Assembly: GCA_017409405.1 (NCBI GenBank)
Contig: JAFQSU010000075.1
Location: forward strand, 6,785 to 70,784
Length of the DNA stretch: 64,000 nt
Origin: Oscillospiraceae bacterium
GTDB taxonomy: Bacteria > Bacillota > Clostridia > Oscillospirales > JAAYXM01
Direction: 5' to 3'
Positions 46,307 to 55,855 of this stretch are shown piece after piece (the stretch's first letter is position 1; each line of letters opens with the position of its first letter). The position numbers were made by a program, and so were the translations under genes. The notes beneath the pieces were generated by a model that had not been told where the DNA came from, did no database searches, and saw nothing but the letters and a program-made list of their open reading frames with translations.

Positions 46307-47440
46307 TCAGATTATATACATAAAGCCCGTAAGGATGATAAGAAATGCAAAATTGAAGGCTGAAAACATAGCGATATAATATTTAGTTTTGCCTGGATTA
46401 TGCTTTAAGTATTCGCGGAAGGTTATAAGGCTTGCGAGAGATGCAATAAGAGTTCCGGTTCCTCCTATGTTCACGCCCAAAAGAAGATTACGGTAATCGC
46501 CCGTGAACTGTGAAAGGAGTATAGAGGACGGGACGTTACTGATAAACTGACAGGACAGCTCCGAAACCAGCAAGGGGCTTTTTTCGAGAAGATTCGAGAA
46601 AAGTGTGTTTACGGCAGGAATTCTGGCCATGTTTCCTGCAAAAACGAAAAAGAAAACAAACGTGAGAAGAAGCGGATAGTCAACTGCTTTAAGTGCATTT
46701 CTGTCTGCGAAGAACAGAACGGCAGGAATTACGATAAGTCCGAGCTGATAGGGAATAGTGCGGAAAACTATAACTATTGCAAGCACAAACAAAGCGAGAT
46801 ACAAAAGAGTTCGCTTTGGGTTGAGCGAGATTTTTTCGTCCTGAAGTGACAAGGGCTCCGGCTTTACAAAGATAAAGCAGCAAACCGTTATGAGGATTAC
46901 CGAGAGAACAAAAGGCGGCGCCATAATCTGCATAAATTCACCTGTGGGGATATTGAATTTTGTGTACAGATAGAGGTTTTGCGGATTGCCGAAAGGCGTG
47001 AGCATGCCGCCGAGGTTTGCGGCAATGTTCTGCATAATAAACGTAAATGCCATGTACTTGCATTTGTCGCATGATGTTAAAACGAAATAACCGAGAGGAA
47101 GAAAGGTGAGAAGTGCCATATCGTTTGCGATAAGCATGGAGCCGATAAAGGTTATATATACCAGAGCAAGAATACTCATCCTTGCTGTTTTGAAGATGAT
47201 TACAACACGTCTTGCGAGAATGTAGAAGAAATTGATTTCACGCAGTGCGCACACAACGGCAAGCACACAAAAAAGACATGTGAGTGTTTTGAAATCAAAA
47301 TAACCGATATATTTGCTGTCGACGGGAACAAAGATGCTTGTAACAAAAGCGGCAAGCAAGGCGATGAACATCACAGCGTTTTCTTTTACAAAGGAAAGAA
47401 AGTGTGAGGCGTGAGAGTGTCTTAAAGCTATTGTTGACAT
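46307..47440 (-). CDS. ArsB/NhaD-superfamily anion permease (YbiR/CitMHS-like)
   Basis: 377-aa polytopic membrane protein. The family call is from overall pattern only and the substrate is unknown. Confidence 0.5.
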   Translation of the reverse strand: MSTIALRHSHASHFLSFVKENAVMFIALLAAFVTSIFVPVDSKYIGYFDFKTLTCLFCVLAVVCALREINFFYILARRVVIIFKTARMSILALVYITFIGSMLIANDMALLTFLPLGYFVLTSCDKCKYMAFTFIMQNIAANLGGMLTPFGNPQNLYLYTKFNIPTGEFMQIMAPPFVLSVILITVCCFIFVKPEPLSLQDEKISLNPKRTLLYLALFVLAIVIVFRTIPYQLGLIVIPAVLFFADRNALKAVDYPLLLTFVFFFVFAGNMARIPAVNTLFSNLLEKSPLLVSELSCQFISNVPSSILLSQFTGDYRNLLLGVNIGGTGTLIASLASLITFREYLKHNPGKTKYYIAMFSAFNFAFLIILTGFMYII

Positions 47441-47459
47441 TGCAGAAAACTTCCTTTTT

Positions 47460-49046
47460 CTATATCTTTAGTACGGCTTCGGCAACACGGATGCCGTCAA
47501 CTGCAGAGGAGAGAATACCGCCTGCATATCCTGCGCCTTCTCCGCAAGGATAAAGACCATGGAGAGAAGACATCATTTTTTCGTTGCGTATGATTCTTAC
47601 GGGCGACGAGGAGCGGGTTTCGGGGGCTGTCAGAACGGCATCACCGTCACGGAAGGCAGGAATCAGACGTGAAAAGCCCGAAAGTCCGGCACGCAGAGTT
47701 TCGTTTATATAATCGGGGAAAAGCTCGGAAATATCACACTCACGCACTCCGGGGAGAAAGGACGGCTTTATCTTAGAAAAACCGGTGAGCTTTCCCGTGA
47801 GAAAGCCCTCGACCGTTTGTGCCGGAGCCTTCCAGTCGCCTCCGCCGAGAGTAAATGCGGCACGTTCTATTTTGCGCTGAAGCTCGACACCGGCAAGGGG
47901 AGATGCGCCGCCAAAATCATCGGGCGCTACGTTCACGAGCAAGGCACTATTGGCGTTTGTCTTGTTTCTTGCATAAAGACTCATGCCGTTGGTGACAATA
48001 CCGCCGTCTTCACTCGATGCATTGATTACCTCGCCGCCGGGGCACATGCAGAAGGTATATACTGCGCGCCCGTTGGGGAAACGGTTTGACAGCTTGTAGT
48101 CTGCCGCACCGAGTGCAGGGTGTGAAGCGAAGCTACCGTATCGGCATATATCAATGTCATGCTGGAGATGCTCTATTCTCACTCCTATTGAAAACGGCTT
48201 CTGCTCCATGCTGATATTCATATCAAGGAGCATCGAAAAGACGTCACGTGCAGAATGACCTACGGCAAGAATTACATCATCGGTTTCAAATTCAACATCA
48301 CCGTTTGGTGTTTTACACGTAATTGAAGAAACCTTACCGCCTTTTGAACGGATTTCGCAAAGCGTATGCGAAAACAGTACCGTACCGCCAAGGGATTTGA
48401 TGCTTTCACGGATTCCGGAGACGACCTTCGGCAGATTATCAGAGCCGATATGAGGGTTTCTGATGTACAAAATCTCCTTTGGTGCGCCGTGTTCTGCAAA
48501 CGTTTTCAAAACATCGTAACGGCGTTTATCGTGAGTTCCCGAGTTGAGCTTTCCGTCAGAGAATGCACCGGCACCGCCTTCACCGAACTGGACGTTGGAG
48601 GAGGTGTTAAGGACTCCGCCTTGCCAGAATGCAGATACGGTTTTTGCACGGTTTTCGACACATTCACCGCGCTCAATAAGAACAGGCGCGGCTCCTGCAC
48701 GGGCAAGGGTAAGTGCGGCAAAGAGACCTGCCGGACCTGCGCCTACGACAACGGGGCGTTTTTCGGGAATTTCCGGTACGGCTGCGGCTTCTGCGGTATC
48801 CGGCTTTAAAACCGTGATATCACCGCGGCGGATACGCGAAACGGTCTTTTGTTCGTCGCCGAAAATCTTCACATCAACGGAGAAGACAAAATGAACATCC
48901 GTCCTGTCTCTTGCATCAACAGCTTTTTTTACAATATGAAGCGATTTTATGTCCTTCGGCGGAATGCCGAGAGCACGTGCCGCTTTTTTATAAAGCATTT
49001 CCTCGCTTCCGTCGAGCGAGAGCTTGAGGTTTCCAATTCTTATCAT
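47460..49046 (-). CDS. FAD-dependent protein (COG2509-type uncharacterised dehydrogenase)
   Basis: VVVGAGPAGLFAA dinucleotide motif preceded by the ~90-aa N-terminal domain typical of this family (MIRIGNLKLSLD...). Confidence 0.7.
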   Translation of the reverse strand: MIRIGNLKLSLDGSEEMLYKKAARALGIPPKDIKSLHIVKKAVDARDRTDVHFVFSVDVKIFGDEQKTVSRIRRGDITVLKPDTAEAAAVPEIPEKRPVVVGAGPAGLFAALTLARAGAAPVLIERGECVENRAKTVSAFWQGGVLNTSSNVQFGEGGAGAFSDGKLNSGTHDKRRYDVLKTFAEHGAPKEILYIRNPHIGSDNLPKVVSGIRESIKSLGGTVLFSHTLCEIRSKGGKVSSITCKTPNGDVEFETDDVILAVGHSARDVFSMLLDMNISMEQKPFSIGVRIEHLQHDIDICRYGSFASHPALGAADYKLSNRFPNGRAVYTFCMCPGGEVINASSEDGGIVTNGMSLYARNKTNANSALLVNVAPDDFGGASPLAGVELQRKIERAAFTLGGGDWKAPAQTVEGFLTGKLTGFSKIKPSFLPGVRECDISELFPDYINETLRAGLSGFSRLIPAFRDGDAVLTAPETRSSSPVRIIRNEKMMSSLHGLYPCGEGAGYAGGILSSAVDGIRVAEAVLKI

Positions 49047-49106
49047 AAGACATGTTTCCTTTTTTGTCGGAAATTATCACAACTTATTATTATAGCAAAT
49101 TTTATC

Positions 49107-49139
49107 AAAAAAGTAAACCGCCGGATTCTCCGACGGTTT
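49107..49139 (-). terminator. Rho-independent terminator after chrA
   Basis: 10-bp stem (AAACCGCCGG / CCGACGGTTT, one mismatch) followed on the minus strand by TTTTTT. Confidence 0.65.
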
Positions 49140-49143
49140 GTTG

Positions 49144-49704
49144 TTATAAAAACGCTATTCCGCATACTGCGCCGAATATAATGTACCATATGGGATGCTT
49201 CTTGAAAATCTTGTAAAGTGCAAATATTACGGCGTAAATGAGCAGCTGTTTAAAATCAAAAAGAGTAAAAAGTGACGGTGCTAAAATAAAGCTTTCGGGA
49301 GTAAGCACCGTTACGGAAAGAACACTGTATGCGGCAGATGCAATAAGTCCGCAAACTGCGGCACGGATTCCGTAAAGACCGCTTTTGACGAGAGGATTAT
49401 CCTGAAAACGGGCGTATGAACGGGCGATAATGAGAATGATTACAAACGAGGGAAGAGTCAGTGCGGCAGTTGTCGCAATACCACCCAAAACCCCGTAATG
49501 CTCAAAGCCGATATATGTCGCCATATTTACGCCGATGGGACCGGGGGTCGATTCGCTGACGGCTATCATGTTATAGAAAAGCTCGGGCTCTATCCAGCCA
49601 CGGTCAACAATGAACTGCTGCATGATGGGGATTGCGGCAAGACCGCCGCCGATTGCGAAGAGTCCTGTCAAAAAGAAGGAAATACAAAGTGTCAATATGT
49701 TCAT
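49144..49704 (-). CDS. chrA: Chromate transporter (short-chain CHR family), second subunit
   Basis: FAIGGGLAAIPIM motif. Start at MNILTL gives an ATGA overlap with the upstream chrA paralogue. Confidence 0.8.
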   Translation of the reverse strand: MNILTLCISFFLTGLFAIGGGLAAIPIMQQFIVDRGWIEPELFYNMIAVSESTPGPIGVNMATYIGFEHYGVLGGIATTAALTLPSFVIILIIARSYARFQDNPLVKSGLYGIRAAVCGLIASAAYSVLSVTVLTPESFILAPSLFTLFDFKQLLIYAVIFALYKIFKKHPIWYIIFGAVCGIAFL

Positions 49705-50243
49705 TTTGTCTTGCGACCTCCTTTCACCGCGATTCCGACGATGAGAGCGAAGAGAATAAGCCAAATGCTGTTAACGTCAAACACAACAACGGCAACAAAG
49801 GAGACTATTGCAAGAGCAAGACCGACGATGTCGCATATTGACTTTTTGCCGAGGTCAAGAACTGCCGAGGTAAGAATTACCGCAACGGCAATGTTGATGC
49901 CTGAAAGTGCCTTTTGAACATATATGTATTCGCTGAAGTTCGATATGAAGGCGGCAATGATTGAAATAATGATAAGCGAGGGAGTAATAACGCCGACTGT
50001 TGAGAACAGTGCGCCGAGAAAACCGTAGCGACGGTGACCGATGAAGGTTGCCATGTTTACTGCAATAATTCCGGGCGTGGACTGACCGATTGCAACATAA
50101 TTTAGCATGTCCTCGCTTGTAATCCATCCGCGGTCGGTAACGAATTCGCGCTCAAGTATGGGAATCATTGCATAGCCTCCGCCAAAGGTGAAAGCCCCTA
50201 TGCGGAAGAAGATAAAAAACAGTTTTATAAGCTCGCGAAGCAT
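49701..50243 (-). CDS. chrA: Chromate transporter (short-chain CHR family), first subunit
   Basis: FTFGGGYAMIPIL motif, 180 aa, paired with the downstream paralogue. Confidence 0.8.
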   Translation of the reverse strand: MLRELIKLFFIFFRIGAFTFGGGYAMIPILEREFVTDRGWITSEDMLNYVAIGQSTPGIIAVNMATFIGHRRYGFLGALFSTVGVITPSLIIISIIAAFISNFSEYIYVQKALSGINIAVAVILTSAVLDLGKKSICDIVGLALAIVSFVAVVVFDVNSIWLILFALIVGIAVKGGRKTK

Positions 50244-50269
50244 TCTTACAACTCCTTTTTACAGACTAA

Positions 50270-50293
50270 CGGCATCTGCTTTTGCAGATGCCG
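50270..50293 (-). terminator. Hairpin between hpf and chrA (possible terminator)
   Basis: CGGCATCTGC-TTTT-GCAGATGCCG is a perfect 10-bp stem. The trailing T tract is poor, hence the low confidence. Confidence 0.4.
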
Positions 50294-50310
50294 CAGATAA
50301 TTATTTGGTT

Positions 50311-50844
50311 TTATTCGTTTTCGATAAGTCCGTAGCCCCCGTCGTGACGTTTGTATACAACGGAGAACCTTTCCTCATCGGATGCGTTTTTGAAAACGAA
50401 GAACTCGTGGTTTAACAGATTCATCTGGAGAATGGCTTCTTCAACCGTCATCGGCTTTACTGAAAACCGTTTCGTGCGGACGATGTCAAACTCACGTTCT
50501 TCTTCAATGTCGTCGTAATCGGACTCTGCCGTGATTCGTTCAAAAGCACCGTCACGCAGACGCTTTTCAAGACGGGTTTTGTTCTTTCTTATCTGTCTGT
50601 CGATAGTAGTCTCTGCATCGTCTATCGCACGGAAGACATCGGAATCGCGGCATGCGGCGCGAAGGAGCATTGCACCGCTTTTTACGGTAACCTCAAGGCA
50701 ACAATGACCGCGCTCTGTTCTTGCCGTAATACTTGCTTCCGCATCTGAACGGAAGTATTTTTCAAGCTTTGAGAGCTTTTTCTCGGCATATGCCTTTAAG
50801 TCGTCCGTGAAATTGAAATTACGCTCTGTGTAGATAAACTTCAT
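50311..50844 (-). CDS. hpf: Ribosome hibernation-promoting factor, long form
   Basis: Start at MKFIYTERNF after AAAGGAG. S30AE-type N-domain plus C-terminal dimerisation domain (KPMTVEEAILQMNLLNHEFFVFKN). Confidence 0.9.
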   Translation of the reverse strand: MKFIYTERNFNFTDDLKAYAEKKLSKLEKYFRSDAEASITARTERGHCCLEVTVKSGAMLLRAACRDSDVFRAIDDAETTIDRQIRKNKTRLEKRLRDGAFERITAESDYDDIEEEREFDIVRTKRFSVKPMTVEEAILQMNLLNHEFFVFKNASDEERFSVVYKRHDGGYGLIENE

Positions 50845-50889
50845 ATGATTTCGCTCCTTTCGATTTGGCACCTTTGTGCCTTTATCTAA

Positions 50890-50918
50890 AGTATACCATA
50901 CAAAGTAATAAAATACAA
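50890..50918 (-). promoter_or_regulatory. Sigma-A-type promoter for hpf
   Basis: On the minus strand: TTGTAT, 17-nt spacer, TGgTATACT (extended -10). Confidence 0.5.
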
Positions 50919-50976
50919 CATTGATTTAGAAAAAATAGACAATTATTTAAAGAAACAAGGTGCAAATTTGGTGAAA

Positions 50977-51819
50977 TTATATCACGGTGGATGCGTGGCG
51001 TGATATATGACAGCCCATGTTGACTACGCACGGAAGCCCTGCAATATGCGTTGCGTGCTTTTCAATAAACACTGCAAGAGCGGTAATTGTGCCGCCCAGT
51101 CCCTGAGGACCGATGCCGAGCTTGTTGACACGTTCAAGCGCTTTTGCTTCAAGCTCTGCGTAGAGCTCATCAGAATGTGAGCTTCCGATATCCCGCAGAA
51201 GTGCTCGCTTTGCACAGAGCGCCGCCATATCCACAGTTCCGCCCAGCCCAACGCCGACAACAACGGGAGGGCAGGGGTTTGACCCTGCCTTTGAAACGGT
51301 TTCAACGATGAAGTCGATAATATCATCGGTGGTGGCAGAGGGTTTGAACATTTTCATTGCGCTCATGTTTTCACTGCCGAAGCCCTTTGGCGCAACGGTG
51401 ATTGAAACCTTATCGCCCGGAACAATTCTTGTATGTAAAATAGCCGGTGTGTTGTCGTTTGTATTCACACGGCGGATGGGGTCGCCCACGACGGAGAGGC
51501 GAAGCTTGCCGTCAACATAACCGCGGCGCACACCCTCGTTGACTGCTTCATAAAAATCTCCGTCGGTAAGATGTACCTCCTGACCTATGTCAATAAACAC
51601 AACTGCCATTCCGGTGTCCTGACAGGCAGGGATGCCTGCCTCTGATGCATACCTTGCGTTGTCGCACATGACCTTGAAAATGTCACGTCCGACCGGAGAT
51701 TTTTCGTCCTTTTGTCCTTGCTCAAAGGAGCTTACAACGTCCTTGGGGAGATGACAGCAGGCATCCTCGCAAAGACGGGCAATTTCACGGGTTATATCTT
51801 TTACGGAAACTTCTCTCAT
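50977..51819 (-). CDS. Fe-S hydro-lyase, tartrate/fumarate subfamily, alpha subunit
   Basis: 280 aa with IPACQDTGMAVVF and GVGLGGT motifs. Confidence 0.8.
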   Translation of the reverse strand: MREVSVKDITREIARLCEDACCHLPKDVVSSFEQGQKDEKSPVGRDIFKVMCDNARYASEAGIPACQDTGMAVVFIDIGQEVHLTDGDFYEAVNEGVRRGYVDGKLRLSVVGDPIRRVNTNDNTPAILHTRIVPGDKVSITVAPKGFGSENMSAMKMFKPSATTDDIIDFIVETVSKAGSNPCPPVVVGVGLGGTVDMAALCAKRALLRDIGSSHSDELYAELEAKALERVNKLGIGPQGLGGTITALAVFIEKHATHIAGLPCVVNMGCHISRHASTVI

Positions 51820-51822
51820 GTT

Positions 51823-52743
51823 TTATTCACCAAATCCTTTTTCTGCTATATACATTCCTGCCATGTGTGCGGCAACTGCACCGTCGGCACATGCGGTAAT
51901 TATCTGATACGAAATCTTTTCTCTTATATCTCCGGCTGCAAAAACTCCCGGAAGGTTTGTTTGGGTGCTCTCACCGGCAGCTATATGACCGGAAGGAGTA
52001 AGCTCTATCTTGTCACGGACAATATCGGTGTTCGGAATCATGCCTACAGCAATGAAACAACCGGATACGGAGACAGAGCTTGTCTCATTTGTAGATACAT
52101 TTTTGACGGTGACGGATTCTACACGTTCATTGCCGCAGATTTCCGTAACGACAGAGCTTAGCAGAAGAGTTATGTTCGGCTCTTTTGAAACTCTGTCTGC
52201 AAGTGAGTCAAAGCCGCGGAAAGCATCACGGCGGTGTATGAGGGTGACACTGTTGCAGATTTTTGCAAGGTACAGTGCATCTTCAAGTGCGGTATTGCCG
52301 CCGCCGACAACACACACATCCTTGCCACGGAAAAAGTTGCCGTCACAGGTTGCGCAGTATGAAACGCCGAGTCCCTTGTATTTATCCTCTCCCGGAACAC
52401 CGAGCTTTCGGTGGGATGCACCGAGCGCCAGGATTACGGTTTTTGTGCGGACATCTCTCGAGCTTGTCTTTATAAGATTGTTGCCGTCAGAAAATTCGAT
52501 GTCAGTAACATCGCCGCGCATGGTCTCGGCACCAAGCTTTTTTGCGTGAGCTGCCATCTTTGATGAAAGTTCAAAGCCCGATATGGACTCAAAGCCGGGG
52601 TAGTTGTCGATTTCGGGAGTTTCTCCCATCTGACCGCCTGAGAACATGCGTTCAATAATAACGGTGGAAAGTCCAGCACGGGTTGCGTATATAGCCGCAG
52701 TCATGCCGGCAGGACCTTCGCCGATGATAGCTAAATCGTACAT
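51823..52743 (-). CDS. trxB: Thioredoxin-disulfide reductase
   Basis: IIGEGPAGMTAA, the redox CATCDG motif and VVGGGNTALE. Confidence 0.92.
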   Translation of the reverse strand: MYDLAIIGEGPAGMTAAIYATRAGLSTVIIERMFSGGQMGETPEIDNYPGFESISGFELSSKMAAHAKKLGAETMRGDVTDIEFSDGNNLIKTSSRDVRTKTVILALGASHRKLGVPGEDKYKGLGVSYCATCDGNFFRGKDVCVVGGGNTALEDALYLAKICNSVTLIHRRDAFRGFDSLADRVSKEPNITLLLSSVVTEICGNERVESVTVKNVSTNETSSVSVSGCFIAVGMIPNTDIVRDKIELTPSGHIAAGESTQTNLPGVFAAGDIREKISYQIITACADGAVAAHMAGMYIAEKGFGE

Positions 52744-52755
52744 AAAGCCTCCAGA

Positions 52756-54165
52756 TCAGAATTCTTTATAAAATGCGCAGATTGCCTTATACGTCATAAA
52801 TACGTCGGATTTTGCGACGGTTTCAAACGGAGAGTGCATGCTGAGGACCGGAACACCTGCATCAATGGTGTCTATGTTGCGCTCTGCCATGTACATGGCA
52901 ACAGTTCCGCCACCGCCCTGATCGACCTTGCCGAGAGAGCCCATCTGCCAGAGAACCTTGTTTTTATCAAACAGTGCACGCAGGCTTGCGATGAGCTCTG
53001 CAGATGCGTCGCTTGAGCCGGATTTGCCCCTTGCACCGGTGTATTTGCAGAGAGCAACACCACGGTTTAAGTATGCAGTGTTTTTCTTTTCGCAGACCTC
53101 GGGGAAGTTCGGGTCCATTGCGACGGTTACGTCAGTTGATAAGCAGGAGGAATTCTCGAAGCATTCACGGACAGAAGTATCAAAGGAAGAGCATATATCC
53201 TCTATAAACGTGTCAAAGAAACGTGACTTCATACCGCTGACACCCTCGGAGCCTATTTCTTCTTTGTCGGCAAGCATGCAGACAGCGGTGCGCTTTGGTA
53301 AAGCTGTATCAATTATTGCACGAAGTGAGGGATATGCACACACACGGTCGTCGTGACCGTATGCACCGATGAGAGAGCGGTCAAAGCCTATGTCACGGGC
53401 ACGGAATGCAGGGACAACACACAGCTCTGCAGAGAGGAAATCCTCTTCCGTGATTCCGTATTTTTCGTTTAAAATGCGCATTATGTTGAGCTTTACGGCA
53501 TCTGTATCCTTTTCGTCTGCTCCGTCAATCGGACGGCTTCCGCAGAGTACGTTAAGACCTTCTCCTGTTATGACCTCTCCTGCTTTTTTTGACATCTGGT
53601 CTTTCCCGAGGTGGGGGAGAAGGTCGGTGATTACAAATACCGGGTCTGATGCATCGCTTCCGACAGAGACGGTGCGGACCTCTCCGTTTTTGAGTGCGAC
53701 AACGCCGTGGAGCTCAAGGGGGATAGCAGGCCACTGGTATTTCTTTATACCGCCGTAATAGTGGGTTTTAAAAAGAGCAAGTCCGTCGCTTTCATACAGC
53801 GGAGACTGCTTGAGATCTATTCTGGGTGAGTCTATATGGGCAGCGGCAATGTTTACGCCGCTACAGAGAGGCTCTTCGCCTATGACTGCGAGAATAACAG
53901 CCTTTTTGCGGTTGACCTTGTAAATCTTGTCACCGGGCTTTAAAGACATACCGCGTGAATACGGAACAAAACCTGCCATTTCGGCAAGTCTGACGCTTTT
54001 TTCAACGCACATACGCTCGGTTTTTCCGCAGTCGAGATACTCCTTATAGCCTTCGCAGAAGGAATCGCAGCCGGTAAAATCGAAACCTTCGTCAAAGGCA
54101 GTTTTTGGTGTAAAAAAGAGTTTTTCACGAAGTTCTTTAAGCTCGTTCTTTTTTTCTTCACTCAT
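52756..54165 (-). CDS. M18-family aminopeptidase
   Basis: 469 aa. The size and conserved AAHIDSPR and HSPFE segments match M18 aminopeptidase 1-type proteins. Confidence 0.7.
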   Translation of the reverse strand: MSEEKKNELKELREKLFFTPKTAFDEGFDFTGCDSFCEGYKEYLDCGKTERMCVEKSVRLAEMAGFVPYSRGMSLKPGDKIYKVNRKKAVILAVIGEEPLCSGVNIAAAHIDSPRIDLKQSPLYESDGLALFKTHYYGGIKKYQWPAIPLELHGVVALKNGEVRTVSVGSDASDPVFVITDLLPHLGKDQMSKKAGEVITGEGLNVLCGSRPIDGADEKDTDAVKLNIMRILNEKYGITEEDFLSAELCVVPAFRARDIGFDRSLIGAYGHDDRVCAYPSLRAIIDTALPKRTAVCMLADKEEIGSEGVSGMKSRFFDTFIEDICSSFDTSVRECFENSSCLSTDVTVAMDPNFPEVCEKKNTAYLNRGVALCKYTGARGKSGSSDASAELIASLRALFDKNKVLWQMGSLGKVDQGGGGTVAMYMAERNIDTIDAGVPVLSMHSPFETVAKSDVFMTYKAICAFYKEF

Positions 54166-54769
54166 TGTTCTTCTCAGGTCCTTTCGTTATGAGATTGAAA
54201 ATGTTGTTTACTTCTTTTTCTGTAGCCTCGAGACTTTCGTCGTTGACTATGATGTAATCACAGTTTTCAGCATAGAAGGAGTCTTCGGGCTGGGCATTGA
54301 TACGGGCGCAGGCAGACATGGAATCAATTCCGTCGCGTGCCGTGATTCGTGCTATGCGAGTGCTTCTCGGTGCAATTACGCCGATTGTTATGTCGCATAT
54401 CGAGCAAAGCTTTGACTCAAAAAGCGCAATGGCATCAATACAGAGATACTGCGCATTCTGCTCGTACAGACGTGCGATTTCACGCTCTGTTTCTTCGATA
54501 ACGAATTTATGAGCTATTGCGTTTAAGTCTGCAAGCGCAGCTTTGTCAGAAAAGACGATTTCGGCAAGCGCTTTGCGTATGAGACGACCGTCGCTTCCGC
54601 AGGCTTTGGGAAATCGCTTTTTCAGCTCCCTCATCATTTGCTCTGATTCGTTTAAAAGCTTGTGGTATACGACATCGGCATCTATTGTATGTGCGCCGAG
54701 CTTGCAGAAGAGCTCAGAAACCGTACTTTTTCCCGAGCCGCTTCCGCCCGTTATTCCGATTATAAGCAT
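54158..54769 (-). CDS. coaE: Dephospho-CoA kinase
   Basis: IIGITGGSGSGKST P-loop at the N-terminus, ~200 aa. Confidence 0.88.
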   Translation of the reverse strand: MLIIGITGGSGSGKSTVSELFCKLGAHTIDADVVYHKLLNESEQMMRELKKRFPKACGSDGRLIRKALAEIVFSDKAALADLNAIAHKFVIEETEREIARLYEQNAQYLCIDAIALFESKLCSICDITIGVIAPRSTRIARITARDGIDSMSACARINAQPEDSFYAENCDYIIVNDESLEATEKEVNNIFNLITKGPEKNNE

Positions 54770-54786
54770 AGGTATTCACCGTCCAT

Positions 54787-55833
54787 TTAAAGAACTACTT
54801 TTGAAAATGCCGCGGCACGGCTTAAGCGGTTGACAATGGCAAGGCTTATGCCGTCGTCAGCTTTGGGCATTCTCGCATATATTACATCAAAGGTGAATTC
54901 GTCAAGATTTCGAAGCGCGGAAAACAGACCGTGAGCAAGCTCCTTGGGATGTGAAAGTCTGCCGTATGTAAAAACGGACACTCCCATACCGTCAAAAAGA
55001 GCTTTTTCTTCTTCAAAACATAGTATTGCAATATTTTTGTTTTTTATATTATCGGTTACATATTTTACAAACGCACCCGTCTCTCCCTCGGCTATAACTA
55101 CGGGAGAGGATGGGGCATAGTGCTTGTATTTCATGCCCGGAGATGCGACCTGTTCATCGTCGTTTACTTCTTCGAGGATTTTTTTGTTAACAGAAACCTC
55201 GCCGACAGCATCTCGAAGCTCACGGAGAGTTACTCCGCCCGGACGAAGAAGCACCGGAATGTCGCCTGTAAGGTCGATTACCGTAGATTCAAGTCCGACT
55301 TCACATTCGCCGCCGTCAATTATCATCGGTATGCGACCGCTCATGTCGCGTATGACATGAAGGGCGGAGGTGGGGCTGGGCTTTCCTGAGAGGTTTGCCG
55401 ACGGTGCGGCAAGGGGAACGCCTGCCGCCTCGATGATTGCACGTGCATACATGTGTGACGGAAAGCGGACAGCTACGGTTGCAAGACCTGCAGTTACCTC
55501 CGGCGGAATTTTGGCGCTTTTCTTCAAAATCATTGTAAGAGGACCGGGCCAGAACTTTTCTGCAAGAGTTACGGCTTTTTCGGGGATATCAACAGCTACT
55601 TTTGATAAATCGTCAAAATCTGAAATATGAACAATCAAGGGATTGTCGCCGGGTCTGCCTTTAGCCTTGAATATCTTTTTTACTGCATCGGGATTGAATG
55701 CATTGGCAGCGAGTCCGTAGACTGTTTCCGTCGGAATGGCAACAACCTCACCGTTTTTAAGTAAATTGCCTGCACGTACAAAATCGTCATGATTTTGCAT
55801 CAGTCCGCGAATCTTAATCAGTTCTGTAATCAT
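54787..55833 (-). CDS. tsaC: L-threonylcarbamoyladenylate synthase (Sua5/YwlC/TsaC, long form)
   Basis: Start at MITELIK after GAAAGGAAG. VVAIPTETVYGLAANA motif plus a Sua5 C-terminal domain. Confidence 0.88.
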   Translation of the reverse strand: MITELIKIRGLMQNHDDFVRAGNLLKNGEVVAIPTETVYGLAANAFNPDAVKKIFKAKGRPGDNPLIVHISDFDDLSKVAVDIPEKAVTLAEKFWPGPLTMILKKSAKIPPEVTAGLATVAVRFPSHMYARAIIEAAGVPLAAPSANLSGKPSPTSALHVIRDMSGRIPMIIDGGECEVGLESTVIDLTGDIPVLLRPGGVTLRELRDAVGEVSVNKKILEEVNDDEQVASPGMKYKHYAPSSPVVIAEGETGAFVKYVTDNIKNKNIAILCFEEEKALFDGMGVSVFTYGRLSHPKELAHGLFSALRNLDEFTFDVIYARMPKADDGISLAIVNRLSRAAAFSKVVL

Positions 55834-55855
55834 TAAAGAGACTTCCTTTCGGAAA

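Noticed and set aside
50872-50976. Possible missing beta-subunit gene or small RNA between the hydro-lyase alpha gene and hpf
   Set aside because: The gap is only ~130 nt, measured to the preferred hpf start. It is well explained by a -35 / extended -10 promoter and the RBS for hpf. No ORF or conserved-looking structure is visible.
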